Shown here: positions 45,340 through 59,230 of the stretch, one piece after another
Layout: every line of letters begins with the position of its first letter
How positions within the stretch are numbered: position 1 is the first letter of the stretch
Assembly (NCBI RefSeq): GCF_028641065.1
Contig: NC_073389.1
Location: 25,296,001 to 25,360,000, forward strand
DNA length: 64,000 nt
Origin: Leucoraja erinacea
Taxonomy: Eukaryota
Direction: 5' to 3'
Made by a program: the position numbers and the translations under genes
Notes under the pieces: generated by a model
Databases searched by the model: none
Told to the model about the DNA's origin: nothing
Seen by the model: only the letters and a program-made list of their open reading frames with translations

Positions 45340-48310
45340 AAAATGTAGAATAGATCATTGTTAGCTGGGAGAATGTAACAACAAAGCAAACAGATAAAAT
45401 GTAGTTGGAGACAGTCAGACTGGTCAGAGAACTGGGAAGGGGGAGGGATGGAGAGAGAGGGAAAGCAAGAGTTACTTGAAGTTAGTGAAGAGTCAAGAGA
45501 GTCAAGCGTGTTTTATTGTCATACAGTATGTCCCAAATAGAACAATGAAACTCTTACGAAATTCAATGAAATTCTGAAGTCTATGTTCATACTGCTGGTG
45601 TGTAAACTGCCCAGGCAAAAAATATGCAGTGCTGTTCCTCCAATTTGCGCTGGGCCTCATTCTGACAGAATGGAGGAGGCCCAGGACATAGAAATAGGTG
45701 CAGGAGTAGGCCATTCGGCCCTTCGAGCCTGCACCGCCATTCGATATGATCATGTCTGATCATCCAACTCAATATCCCATCCCTGCCTTCTCTCCATACC
45801 CCCTGATCACTTTAGCCACAAGGGCCACATCTAACTCCCTCTTAAATATAGCCAATGAACTGGCCTCAACTACCTTCTGTGGCAGAGAATTCCACAGATT
45901 CACCACTCTCTGTGTAAAAAATGATTTTCTCATCTCGGTCCTAAAAGACTTCCCTCTTATCCTTAAACTGTGACCCTTAGTTCTGGACTTCCCCAACATC
46001 GGGAATAACCTTCCTGCATCCATCCTGTCCAACCCCTTAAGAGCTTTGTAAGTTTCTATAAGATCCCCCCTCAATCTTCTAAATTCTAGCGTGTACAAGC
46101 CAAGTCTATCCAGTCTTTCTTCATATGAAAGTCCTGCCATCCCAGGAATCAGTCTGGTGATCCTTCTCTGTACTCCCTCTATGGCAAGGATGTCTTTCCT
46201 CAGATTAGGAGACCAAAACTGTACGCAATACCCCGGGTGTGGTCTCACCAAGACCCTGTACAACTGCAGTAGAACCTCCTTGCTCTTATACTCAAATCCT
46301 TTTGCTATGAATGCTAACATACCATTTGCTTTCTTCACTGCCTGCTGCACCTGCATTCCTACTTTCAATGACTGGTGTACCATGACACCCAGGCCCCGTT
46401 GCATTTCCCCTTTTCCTAATCGGCCACCATTCAGATATGTCTACTTTCCTGTTTTTGCCACCAAAGTGGATAACCTCACATTTATCCACATTATGCTGCA
46501 TCTGTCATGCATTGCCCACTCACCCAACCTTTCCAAGTCACCTTGCAGCCTCCTAGCATCCTCCTCACAGCTAACACTGCCCCCAGCTTTGTGTCATCCG
46601 CAAACTTGGAGATGTTGCATTCAATTCCCTCATCCAGATCATTAATATATATTGTAAATAGCTGGAGTCCCAGCACTGAGCCTTGCGGTACCCCACTGGT
46701 CAGTGCCTGCCATTCTGAAAATGACCCGTTTACTCCTACTCTTTGCTTCCTGTCTGCCAGCCAGTCCTCTATCCACATCAATACTGAACCCTCAATACCG
46801 TGTGCTTTAAGTTTGCATACTAATCTCTTATGTGGGACCTTGTCGAAAGCCTTCTGAAAGTCCAGATATAACACATCCACTGGTTCTCCCTTATCCACTC
46901 TACTAGTTACATCCTCGAAGAATTCTATAAGATTCGTCAGACATGATTTACCTTTCATAAATCCATGCTGACATTTGTCCAATGAATTCATCACTTTCCA
47001 AATGTGCTGCTATCCCATCTTTAATAACTGACTTCAGAATTTCCCCCACCACCGATGTTAGACTAACTGGTCTGTAATTCCCCGTTTTCTCTCTCCCTCC
47101 CTTTTTAAAAAGTGGGGTTACATTAGCTACCCTCCAGTCCTCAGGAACTACTCCAGAATCTAAAGAGTTTTGAAAAATTATCACTAATGCATCCACTATT
47201 TCTGGGGCTACTTCCTTAAGTACTCTGGGATGCAACTTATCTGGCCCTGGGGATTTATCGGCCTTTAATCCATTCAATTTACCTTACACCACTTCCCGGC
47301 TAACCTGGATTTCACTCAGTTCCTACATCTCATTTGACCCCCGGTCCCTTGCTATTTCTGGCAGATTATTTATGTCTTCCTTAGTGAAGACAGAACCAAA
47401 GTAGTTATTCAATTGGTCTGCCATGTCCTTGTTCCCCATGATCAATTCGCCTGTTTCTGACTGCAAGGGACCTACATTTGTTTTAACTAATCTTTTCCTC
47501 TTGACATATCTATAAAAACATTTGCAGTCAGTTTTTATGTTCCCTGCCAGTTTTCTTTCATAATCTATTTTCCTTTTCCTAATTAAGCCCTTTGTCCTCC
47601 TCTGCTGCACTCTGAATTTCTCCCAGTCCTCTGGTAGGCTGCTTTTTTTGGCTAATTTGTATGCATCTTTTGTTTTGATGCTATCCCTGATTTCCCTTGT
47701 TATCCACGGATGCACTACCTTCCCTGATTTATTCTTTTGCCAAACTGGGATGAACAATTGTTGTAGTTCATCCATGCAGTTTTTAAATGCCTTCCATTGC
47801 ATATCCACCGTCAACCCTTTAAGAATCATTTGCCAGTCTATCTTGGCCAATTCACGTCTCATACCCTCAAAGTCACCTTTCTTTAAGTTCAGGACCCTTG
47901 TTTCTGAATTAACAATGTCACTCTCCATCCTAATGAACTCAACCGTATTATGGTCACTCTTGCCCAAGGGGCCATGCACAACAAGACTGCTAACTAACCC
48001 TTCCTCATTACTCAATACCCAGTCTAGAATAGTCTGCTCTCTCGTTGGTTCCTCTACATGTTGGTTTAGAAAACTATCCCACATACATTCCAAGAAAGAT
48101 AGGTCACTGTGGGAATGGGAGGGGGTGTTAAAATGTTGAGCAACAGGGAGATCAGGTAGATTCAGGCGGACTGAGTGGAGGTGTTCAGTGAAACGATCTC
48201 CGAGCCTGTGCTTGGTCTGGCCGATATAAAGGAGTCCACACCTGGAACAGCAGATATAGTAGATGAGGTTGGAGTAGGTGCAAATGGACTTCTGCCTCAC
48301 CTGAAAAGAT
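45340..48310 (-). mobile_element. Penelope 3' fragment interrupted by a Rex-type tail (~45490-45575) and a long CR1
   Basis: PLE sequence ...ggaggcccaggaca breaks at ~45688 and resumes at ~48096 with GIY-YIG (NLIYYICCSRCGLLYIGQTKHRLGDRF). Confidence 0.85.
45686..48095 (-). mobile_element. CR1 LINE, most of ORF2, frameshifted
   Basis: ORFs 47323..48300 (CR1 part), 46948..47277, 46491..46994, 45769..46404; highly similar to 26665-29200. Confidence 0.95.
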
Positions 48311-48579
48311 CATAGATGGAGCCCTCACTATTCCTCGATATCCAGCATCTCCGCTCTTGCTCCCCCTCCCCCCAGTCCACTATACCAGCCCCAGAAAATT
48401 CAACATACTTGTAATGGTGCAAAGAAGAGTTATCAACTGTTACTGTCCTATTTGTGACCAAAAGGAATGGAGCCAAAAATCATGCATCTGACATCGTCTC
48501 TTAGCCATCACACTATCACCATTGGTCTTGTAAGATATGAAATATCTTTCATGCACATTATATAACAATGATTACTCTT

Positions 48580-49110
48580 CCACAGTCCAATTCTATACGG
48601 CCATCGTTGAGTCTGTCCTCACCTTCTCCATCATGGTCTGGTTTGGCTCAGCCACCAAGCACGACATCTGGTGGCTGCAGCAAATCGTCCAATCAGCTGA
48701 TAAGGTTATTGGTTGCAACCTTCCCTCCATTGATGAACTGTACACTGCAAGGGCCAGGAAGTGAGCGGGTAAGATCATCTCTGACCCCTATCACCCGGCC
48801 ACAAACTCTTTGAATCACTTCCCTCTGGAAGGCGACTCCGGACTTTCAAAGCTGCCACAGCCAGACATAAAAACAGCTCTTTTCCACGAGTAGTAGCTCT
48901 ACTCAATAACCAAAAATCTGTAGCCTCCTTTTGCTCTGATATTTTATTTAATTCACATGTTTAATCAACAATGTTTTATTATTAATGTTTTATGTGTCAT
49001 TCCTAACTGTCACTGTATGTCATGTTGTCACTCGCGGGCGAAACACCAAGGCAAATTCCTTGTATGTGAATACTTGGCCAATAACCTTATTCATTCATTC
49101 ATTCATTAAT
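48580..49110 (+). mobile_element. Rex1/Babar LINE 3' end with (attc)n tail
   Basis: QFYTAIVESVLTFSIMVWFGSATK...LPSIDELY (ORF 48537..48764); tail aataaccttattcattcattcattc. Confidence 0.88.
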
Positions 49111-49249
49111 TCATCCATTATTTGACTTCAATGCAATTTAATGTGAAGGAAGAATTTTGGAACACTTCTGAGGTTAGTGCAATGTGTTCAAATCCCAGTT
49201 AACAGTATTTTCCAAATCTATATTATTTATTACTTTCAGACTGTGTTTT

Positions 49250-49695
49250 GGCTGGATAGACTCGGCTTGTACTTGCTAGAATTTAGAAGATTGAGGGGGG
49301 ATCTTATAGAAACTTACAAAATTCTTAGGGGGTTGGACAGGCAAGATGCAGGAAGATTGTTTCCGATGTTGGGGAAGTCCTGGACAAGGGGTCGCAGTTT
49401 AAGGATAAAGGGGAAATCCTTTAGGACCGAGATGAGAAAAACATTTTTCACACGGAGAGTGGTGAGTCTCTGGAACTCTCTGCCACAGAAGGTAGTTGAG
49501 GCCAGTTCATTGGCTATATTTAAGAGGGAGTTAGATGTGGCCCTTGTGGCTAAAGGGATCAGGGAGTATGGAGAGAAAGCAGGTACAGGATACTGAGTTG
49601 GATGATCAGCCATGATCATATTGAATGGCGGTGCAGGCTCGAAGGGCCGAATAGCATACTCCTGCACCTAATTTCTATGTTTCTATGTTTCTATG
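49250..49695 (+). mobile_element. CR1 LINE 3' end with (tttctatg)n tail
   Basis: ORF 49177..49596 C-terminal CR1 peptide and three 8-bp tail repeats. Confidence 0.93.
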
Positions 49696-50640
49696 AGCTT
49701 AGTCGCTATGCTCCCTTGCATTTTCTAACTCTCAACTCTTACCCAATGTTGGCAGCCCTGTGATTAACAGCAAAGATCAATAGCGAGTGCTGGAATGGGT
49801 ATTACCTTCATGGTGACTGACAGGTCAGAAGACCAACCTGCTGATCTCACAATTTCTTTTAAACCTTCATAACTTTTGTAATCTTCCACCGATCGGAACA
49901 AAACTTGCTGCGCCTGCTCCTACTACTGCACCTATTTTCTATGTTTCTATGTTTTCTTTTCAGTCTTCTAGAAACAAATATATAAATAAAAACAAATATA
50001 ACCAAATATATAATTTCTCTCAGATTAGAAAAGCTTGCCATCATAAATATACATTCCCCTTTGTGATTCACATCCAAGTTTCCTGAGGAGTAGTTATCTT
50101 TCTATACTTTTGATTTTCACTTCATCAATGACGCCCATCATTTCTATAGCAGTTAACTTCCCTTAGAGGGGATTCATTATAGGAAAATAAAGCTAACGTT
50201 GAACTTTACGCTGTCAAAAATATCAATCAATAACATAGCCTAAAAGGATTGACGATGTTCTTATCCACTAATCTTGTAAGAGTACCAGCCACCCTTTAGT
50301 TATAACAGCCAGCTCAGTAAAAATATGAACTGTTCTAAAACAAATCAATTGTTAAGATAGCTTTAAAAGTTAGTAGAAGAGTAGAGTTTTTCAAATAAAT
50401 TTGACGGGTCACTGTCAATCTGATTTCTCTTTAAAATATATATGTAACAACCAAATTATTTTGGGAGGTCTTTGACCCGAAATATAATCTCTCTCCACAC
50501 ATACTGCCTGATTTGTGGACTGATTTTTGAATTTTCTGTTCTTGGTTGCATCAATCGGGTCCTTTTAGGAAGTCTTTCTTTTAAAATACACGCACAAACA
50601 AACAAACAAACAAACATACACACAACAACAAAGCTTCAAT

Positions 50641-50901
50641 AACTCAGCGGGACAGGCAGCATCTCTGGAGGCAGGCAGCATCTCTGGAGAGAAGGAATGG
50701 GTGATGTTTCAGGTTGAGACACTTCTTCAGACTGATGTCAGGGGATCTGACTCTCAGTGGACCTGACATCAGTCTGAAGAAGGGTCTCGACCCAAAACGT
50801 CACCCATTCCTTCTCTCCAGAGATGCTGTCTGTCCCGCAGAGATACTCCAGCATTTTGTGTTTATCTTCGATTTAAACCAGCTCCTGCAGTTCTTTCCTA
50901 C
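50641..50901. mobile_element. Palindromic Penelope pLTR insertion
   Basis: Inverted pLTR halves (cttcttcagactgatgtcagg / cctgacatcagtctgaagaag); TSD aaagcttcaat (50630-50640, 50907-50917), extendable to 16 bp with one mismatch. Confidence 0.85.
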
Positions 50902-51049
50902 ACAATAAAGCTTCAATGTCAGAAGCCATACTTCACATCTTTGAAATAAGAAATGAATATAAGGAATCAATTTTAACATGCAATAGAATAACGACTAGGC
51001 AAATATTGGGTTGGGAAAATGTAGAAAGTTTATAACATTCATCATATGA

Positions 51050-51750
51050 ACCTAGGCAAATGCAAACATTTGAATTAGGGGCAGGAATGGCCACTTGTCC
51101 CTCAGGCCATTCAATTAGATTATAGCTGATCTGGTTACATAATGTCCACTCTGCATACTTACAGTAAACTTTCATCCCTTTGCTTATAGTATCAATTATA
51201 TATTTACCTCCACCTTATAAATATTCCGAAACCCTGCTGCCCCAACCCAATGAGGAAGAGTTCCAATAATTCACAATCCCAGAAAGAAAAAAAAACCCAT
51301 CTACATGAAACAATAATCCTTGGTTTTAGATTCTCCCACAAGAAGGAACAATTTTTACCTTTAGGATTGTACTGCATATGATTCAATCAAGTCACCCTTC
51401 ACTTTTCTAAACTCCAGCTGATGCATCTAAAGGCTTTGTAATCTCCTTATATGTACCTTTCCCAAATTACTTTCCTTCCTATCTTTATGTTATCACTAAA
51501 TTTAGCAACTGAGCCTTCATCTAAATCATTTATATAAATTGTGAAAGGTTGAGGCTCCAGCATCAATCCTGCATTGCACTAGTTACTACATCTTGCCCAC
51601 TAGAAGAAGACCTGGTTATGCCCAACCTCTGCATCTTGCTAGTGAAGCAACCTTCTATCTACAGTATACCATTATGTTGCCTGCCAAAAATATTCGCATC
51701 CTTGTTAAATTTGATGCAGCACCTTATGAAATGCCTCTTCTGAACCTAAA
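51050..51750 (-). mobile_element. Old CR1 remnants
   Basis: ggggcaggaatggccacttgtccctcaggcc (3' UTR); catctaaatcatttatataaattgtgaaagg...ccagcatcaatcc (RT). Confidence 0.55.
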
Positions 51751-54700
51751 AACAATGAATTAATTAACAGTCATTCTTAGCTTCCTATTTTTCTGAAGTA
51801 ACATAGGTCAGGTCTCAATCTACATCATTCTGTACCAGTGTATCTGTATTTGTCAGCAAATCATACTTATTTTTACTTGCACTCTCAATTCATTACCTGT
51901 TGATATTGCAATATTGTCCAATGTTATCATATTGGGCAGTACCCTTGGAAGTAGTGGAAATTAGTCACAAAATACCTTTAATCTAAGATTATAACATCTT
52001 TGTAGAGCATGTAAGTAAGCTATTTAAAATTACCATATAAATGCAAATCTTATCATGAAGTATTACACCAGCAGCCAACATCTAGTGTAATTAAATAAAA
52101 ATTCAAAAGCAAAGTTTCGATACTATTAAGAATATGCATAGGACAATAAAAAAAATCATAGGAGCACATGATTGAAATTGCACATAACACATGCACTAAA
52201 ATGCCACTGCATGGAGACTTGAACAAATTGTTCTCAGCATCAGTCACACAATAATTCTTGCACTTCAATTAAACAAATACTAATGTAAACATTTAAAGGG
52301 CACAATTTCTGATCTTTTTCATAAGCATCTATCAATCACAAATAAGTTCCTAATTCCCATTCACCAACCAAAACCTGTGGTCCTTGACATCACATCCCAG
52401 CTTAAATGGGAAATGATTATCGCAGTAACAAAGACAGGAGAGGCGCAAAAGAAATGGCACGGTGGACCTTGAGATCCTTACCTGAGCATTACTTAACTTG
52501 AATATGTCCTGCCCACTTGGGGGCACAAAATGCAACACAGATCAGAAATGAAGGGCTGGTGGGAGTGCCCATGGATATCAAATCAAGGAGCATTGTCCCT
52601 TGGACCTAATTAAAGAGCATGATAAAGTTTAATGAGAAGCAGATCAATGAGAGTATCAATAAAGCCAGACTTTCAGAAGTGCACAACAGCAGTTATGCAC
52701 TTTCCTTTCACCACACATTCATTGCTCACTTAATATTATGTACCTCAACACACACTTGTATCCCTAAGCGCTACAAGGCATCTCACTTTTTCCTGCATAA
52801 TCTATTCTGCCATATAAAGTGTACATGGTTTAATCTTGTCCCATTTCCTTCTCCAAACTATGATTATACACTCATGTTTTTCTTTTTTTTTCCCACAAAA
52901 ATATCACCTGGCAGTCCTTGTGAACCACCTGTCACTAAAGAAGAAGGCATTGCATCTTTTTATCTGGTAGCTACATGTACCAACACAGATCTAACATTTT
53001 GTGGATAATAGAGGAGGGTTTAGAAGTGAGATCTGCCCACAATGACTATCAAGCATAAATTGACTGCAACCAAGGTGAGGGTAATTCATATATCTGCTTT
53101 CTGGAGTCTATGATCACACAGCAGCTCTTCTCTGGAAACGCCATTGAAGACAATGTCAAGGACAGCCTCCAGATAAATAATGATTCCATATGCATACTGA
53201 AATGTTTGAGGGATTGTCAAACATGTTTGAATTGTCTTGAAGCATGCGGTGTGAAATCCTTCATCTTGGAAATAGTGGCCAGCTCCATATCATCACATTC
53301 ACGTCTGTGGTGCAGCTGGGTTTAAGATTTATACCTTCCAGTTTAGCCTCGGCAAAAGGTCAACAATGGAGTAGAAGCCTCTAATTGTATTCCAGAAACC
53401 CTATTGAGGATCTTTAAACCCACAAAAAACTGGAGCTAGGACCTCGGAATCTTCTGGATGAATCTAGAAGTTCTGAATATACTTTGTGCTATACCCAAGC
53501 AAGAGTCCAGATTGTTTTCCAGTCCTGATCAGAACTTGAAACATAGATCCTGCTGAAACACTGAGACTGCTCTCAACTTAGCAAAATCATTTTTATTTCA
53601 AAATTAGAAATAACATTGACAGGCATAAATGTTTAACAGAGCTTTTCACCACAAAGTATATAGAACAGATTCTGAGGTAAAGCAATTACTATTATATGGT
53701 CTGTCAACTTTAAGAAAAGTTACATAGAATGGGATTCAGGAATATAAGGCTAAGCACTGAGAAAGAATACCAACTGTGATGCATAATGGCTCTTAAACTG
53801 CAGGAACCAAGAAAATCTTATCCCATGAGAGGAGGAAACTGTCATTGATGAATAATGTAACAAAGTTGAACATTTTGTTTCATTTACATTTGAGGGGAGT
53901 TAAAGAAATTATATCTTTTTTGTTAAACTTTTAGGCTTTAATCAAATGCTTCCATTCTAAGTAGCAAAAAAACATTTCCCTTGAATAATTTTTTTTTGTG
54001 CACAATAGTACTAATTATCAATCTCTTCTGTGGTATGCAGGAATTTTTACAAATGGAAGAGTCTTAATAATCTACAATAAGAATTTATTCAATATACCAA
54101 ATGATGCAAAAATATGTACCGTTCCGTGAAACAGTGAGACAACAGTAGGAAATCGACATTGTACTTTTAACAGCTCTCCTCCAATGGGTAATCTACATTT
54201 GCTGATTCTCTTGGTAATATTATTAACAATCAACCTGGATCTGCTATAATATAATTCATGAGTAAGGTTTTGTCATATTATATTAGAATCTCTAGCCCTT
54301 ATCTCCAGAGGTTTAGAAACTGAATAGTTTGGAATGTTCTCTTTCTATCCTTTGAAATTCAGATCTGTGACATAGGAAATTAAAAGGTAGGTTCCAACTT
54401 TACATAAATTCATGAGGCTCATGCCTAAATTAAATGGGCACATCATCTGTCTGCAGAACTCTGGAAATAAATATTGCAGGCAGAAGGGATTACATTATGA
54501 GTGGATAAGTAACCTATTATTTTTTTTAAACTTGCAGCACATCTGATTTTCAATGGAAAGATAGGGTTAGAAACAATCCTTAAACAGCTGACCCTTTTAC
54601 TGAATAGATTATTTTTCAAAGAGAAATTATGCTGTTAGAATATTTTTGGGACTAGTATACATAATGCAGGAGCTTTGATATCCAGAAACTGATGAAATTA

Positions 54701-56029
54701 CAATTAATTTCACAAGGTAAAATTTCAACTAATTAAATCAGAAACTAAAACTTGAATGTGCATTTTAAACCTCTATTAATTCTTCAATTTAAATGTGGGT
54801 CAACAAGATTCACCATTTATTAAAAGGTTCAAGAAACAACACGTATTCAATGCATAAGCTACTTAGTCTTGGATCTACTTTTTCTTATGTCAGTTGGTCA
54901 TATATAACCCTACATGGCCATGCAAACTGAAAATGAGCAGTACCTTTTCTGTGATGGTGTGCGCTGGTACAGCATACTGTCACCTCGAAAAATGTTAAAC
55001 CATTTTTATTAAAGGCAATGTGACATGTATGTTTATTAATTGTGTGCACTGGCACCTTTTTGTCTCCAAAAAAATAATTGATCTTAACCTTCATGGCACT
55101 GTGTACCTTTGAAGAACTACCTGAAACTGATTAGGATGGGAAACTCCATTACATTTTGCAAATTGGAATCAAATAAAATGAATGGGTCCTAGGTACCAAA
55201 TGATAGTAATTGGCTACGAATAATAAATGAGCAGAAAAAGTGCTCTTCCCCTGACTTACTGACTAAATCTCCTTTACTTGTTAAAATTACCATAGGTTTC
55301 TTATCATCATAAGCAAGTGTGAAATATAATCATACATTTCAACCAGAAACTCACTCCATATATTCTCTCTTTTCAATATTTTTTGTGTGTATTTTCTTTG
55401 ATATATTTTTCCAATGGACCAGTTGTGACATTTTTATATCAGCAACATTACATCGGATTTTCAATTTCCTCCATTTTTTTAAGTTGCTATGCATGACATA
55501 AGTTGCCCTGCCAGGAAGGTGGGCCTCAGTTGTGGTCATTCCTCTGATGGTGTCTTTTTTTCTCTTAAACTGGCAGGAGGAATGGAGGAAGATTTTCTCT
55601 GGAAAACTTCTCCAAATGTCCCCGGAAAGCCACAGAAGACCTATGGCTGTTTCAATACTCTAACTGGCTTATTGCTTTCTCTGGGATTATTACAGTTGGA
55701 TCCTTCCCTATCTGCTGTATGTAAAAATGCTGGTGAGCTGGCCCAGTGCTGCAGTCCTGGTGAATAATTTGTCGTTCCACCATGTCACCATAACTTCCCA
55801 GAGTTACCAGGCAGAAAGTGACATTAGTTCCAGGAAACTGATGGTAATTATCCTGAGGTGTATCTAATAGCTAATTGGACATGAGCTAAGATGGATCTTA
55901 GTGACAAATATTACACTTACACTTGTTCTTTCAAAGAGGAATATTTTAGTTAAAGGCACTTAATTTCCTCTTCTATCTAGATTACTTGTATTTATAAATT
56001 ATCCAGGAAAGATGACAACCTTCTCATAA

Positions 56030-56640
56030 ATCAGCTCTAACTGGTCTACTGAGGTTGTGACCTTTGATTCTAGACCTCCACCTAATGGAGCAGCCACCCT
56101 GCACCCAGCCTGTCCAGCCCTGTATGAATTTTGCAAATTGTATTGAGATCTTCTCTCAGTCTTCTAGACTCCAGGGAATAATAGCCCATGCAATACTAGT
56201 CCACACAATCTCTCCTCGGATGACAAACTCAGCATTCCAGGAATCAAAACTGTTGAATTTTCACCGTATTGTCTTGTTGCCAAGTATATCCTTTACGCAT
56301 AAGGAAATTGAACCTATACACAATATTCCAGCTGTAATCTCACCAAGTCCTGCCCAACTGTAATAAGATATCAAATAAAGCCTTCATACTGTTTTTGCCA
56401 TCTGTTTATTTCGCTTACTACTTTTCAAACTTCTCCTTCCTAACTTCTCCACTTTCCAACAGCACGAGCAAACACCCCTGCAAAGATATTGGTCCCAGCT
56501 CTGCTGAATTGTAATCAGCCCATTTTATGCACATCAGATGTGTCCCTGAAAATATTCCATTGTCTCCGTGATGTGGTGTTCATCCTGCACCAGATCTCCA
56601 GCCAACATTCACCTACTCTATCCTTCTATTTCAGTACTCC
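56030..56640 (-). mobile_element. Old CR1 remnants
   Basis: cacaatattccagctgtaatctcaccaagtcctgcccaactg (LVRLQLEYCV on minus); ORF1-like segment near 56465-56680. Confidence 0.5.
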
Positions 56641-56894
56641 ATAGCATGGGAGCAATCCTGAGATTACTCCACATGAGTTCCTGCATTTTACCCTTTTCTC
56701 GAGTTCCCTGACTGTTAAATCACAATCACTGTTGCTCTCTTAATTCTTCTTCTTCTCCTCCCTTTTGTGCAGTTGAACAACAAGAGATGCTAAACTCCTA
56801 CTTCTGATTACATGCCTCTGAGGCAAATCCCCAAATCCAAATAGAAAACTGGTCAAGAGGGAAGTTGATACAGAGCAGTCCTGCACCACCTGCC

Positions 56895-58235
56895 TTAGAG
56901 TCATAGGGTGCTACTGTGTGGAAACAGACTGTGTCGAAACAAATTGCACACACCAACATGTCCCAGCTACACTAGTCCCACCTGCTTGCGTTTGGTCCAT
57001 ATCCCTCCAAACCTGTCCTATCCATCTGCCTGTCTAACTGTTTCTTAAATGTTGGGATAGTCCCTGCCTCAACTACCTCATTTGGCAGCTTGTTCCATAC
57101 ACCCACCACTCTTTGTGTGAAAACGTTATCCCTCAGACTCCTATTAAATCTTTTCCACTGCAGTCCCCTGCTGTCTCCTCCCCCCTCCACCTTCTTCCTC
57201 CTCCTTTTCCCTTTCTTGTCCCCAATGGACCCTCCACCTCCCGCTACTCGCCCTTAAACTTCGCAATCCTCCCTATCAAACACTGCCCTTACCTATGTTC
57301 TCTGGTCCTCGATTCGCCTACTCTGGGCAAGAGACTCTGTGCACCTACCCGATCTATTTTTCTCATGATTTTATACACTTCTATAAGATTACCCCTCATC
57401 CTCCTATGCTCCAAGGAATAGAGTCCCAGCCTGCTCAGCCTCTCCCTATAGCTCAGACCCTCTAGCCTTGGCAACATCCTTGTACATCTTCTCTGTACAC
57501 CTTTCCAGCTTGACAACATCTTTCCTATAACATGGTGCTCAGATCTGAACACAATACTCTAAAAGCGGCCTCACCAATGACTTGTACAACTGCAACATGA
57601 TGTCCCAACTTCTATACTCAATATTCTAACTGTTGAATGCCATAAGCCTTGTAGATCACCCTATCTACCTACGATTCTACCTTCACGGAACCATGCACCT
57701 GCACTCTACATCCCTCTGCTCTACATCATTCCCCAGAGCCCTACCATTCACTGTGTAGATCCTGCCCATGTTAGACTTCCCAAAATGCAACACCTCACAT
57801 TTCTCTGTATTAAATTCCATCAACCATTCCTCAGCCCACCTGGCCAATTGATCAAGATCCTGCTTCAATTTTTCACAACCATCTTCACTATCTGCAAAAC
57901 CACCCACTTTTGTATCATCTGCAAACTTGCTAATCTTGCTGTGTGTGTTCTCATCTAAATCATTGATATAGATGACAAACAGTAACGGGCCCAGGGCCAA
58001 ACCCTGAGGCACACCACAAGTCACAGGCCTCCAGTCCGAGAAGCAACCTTCCACCATCACCTTCTGCTTCCTTCCATGAAGCCAATTTTCTATCCATTCA
58101 GCTACCTCTCCTTGGATCCCATGCGATCTAAAGTTCCAGAGCGGCCTACCATGCGGAACTTTGTTGAATGCTTTGCTGAAGTCCATATATCCATCTACAC
58201 CTGTGCCCTCATCGACCTTTTTGTCCACGTCTTCA
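56895..58235 (-). mobile_element. CR1 LINE (RT + 3' end), distinct subfamily
   Basis: ORFs 57683..58228 (YMDFSKAFNKVPHG, GVPQGLALGPLLF, KFADD), 57289..57552, 56972..57190. Confidence 0.92.
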
Positions 58236-58324
58236 GAAAACCTCTTCTGCTGGTCGATCTCCCTGCCATTTTATATTTAAGCTTTGATGTGACCACTTCC
58301 ATATGTTATCCACATAGTTTGACT

Positions 58325-58621
58325 TTAGAGATACAGTGTGGAAACAGGCCCTTCGGCCCACAGAGTCCGTGCCATCCAGCAATCACCCCATACATTAGCA
58401 CTGTCCTACACACTAGGGACAATTTACAATTTTACCAAAGCCAATTATCCTACAAACATGTACGTCTTTGGAATGTGGGAAGAAACCGGAGTACCTGGAG
58501 AAAACCCACGCAGTCACAGGGAGAACGTACAAACTGTACAGACAGCACCCATATTCAGGATCGAACCCGGGTCTCTGGCGCTGTAAAGCAGCAACCCTAC
58601 CGCTGCGCCACCATGCTGCCC
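58325..58621 (-). mobile_element. Full-length HE1-type V-SINE
   Basis: Minus: gggcagcatggtggcgcagcggtagggttgctgc...gacccgggttcgatcc, V domain, CR1-like tail; 7-bp TSD tttgact (58318-58324, 58622-58628). Confidence 0.9.
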
Positions 58622-58689
58622 TTTGACTAGTTTTTGGCCGAATAGATGCATCACAATGACTGGAGCTGCCACTTCAGCTTAGAAACGAA

Positions 58690-59230
58690 AGGAAGGATCT
58701 GTGATAGAGTGCAGATTAGGAGAGTTTGAATTACACCAGTGGCAGTGACACAGTGGCTGAAAGGTGGTGGTAAAGGCCAGTGTGTAACAAAAGCTATGTG
58801 TGGATGATGTGGAAGTAGGAGGTGGTGAAATAAATCTGAAATGCCAGGTGAAAGAAAAATAATCAAATGAAAGAAATATGAAATACGTCTGGAAGGGATT
58901 ATTATTTGAAAATGTTCAATTCAAAGTAAAGCCCTGAAACATGTGATGTGCCATGTCAGAAAAAGAAGTGATATTCCTTGATCTCATGCTGAATCTAATT
59001 TGAATATTGCAGGAGGCTGAGAGGTCAAAGTGGGAGTGAGATAGATAATTAAAGTGACAGACAACTGGAGACTTAAAGTCACCATTGTGGACTGAACACC
59101 AGTGTTCTGCAAAGCAGTTACTAGATGTGGTGTACTAAATTGAAAGAACTGCAAATAAATTGCTGTTTCACTTAAAAAGAATGTTTGAATCACTGCATCG
59201 TGGAAAGAACTGAACAGAAAAGGTAGGGGT
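58690..59230 (-). mobile_element. Old Penelope-like 3' remnant
   Basis: attatttgaaaatgttcaattcaaagtaaagcc...aggaggctgagaggtcaaagtgggagtgag...gactgaacaccagtgttctgcaaagcag parallels the GIY-YIG 3' region. Confidence 0.5.

Noticed and set aside
52600-56000. Repeat-poor upstream region as exons or conserved enhancers
   Set aside because: No recognisable coding or splice pattern; conservation cannot be judged without alignments.
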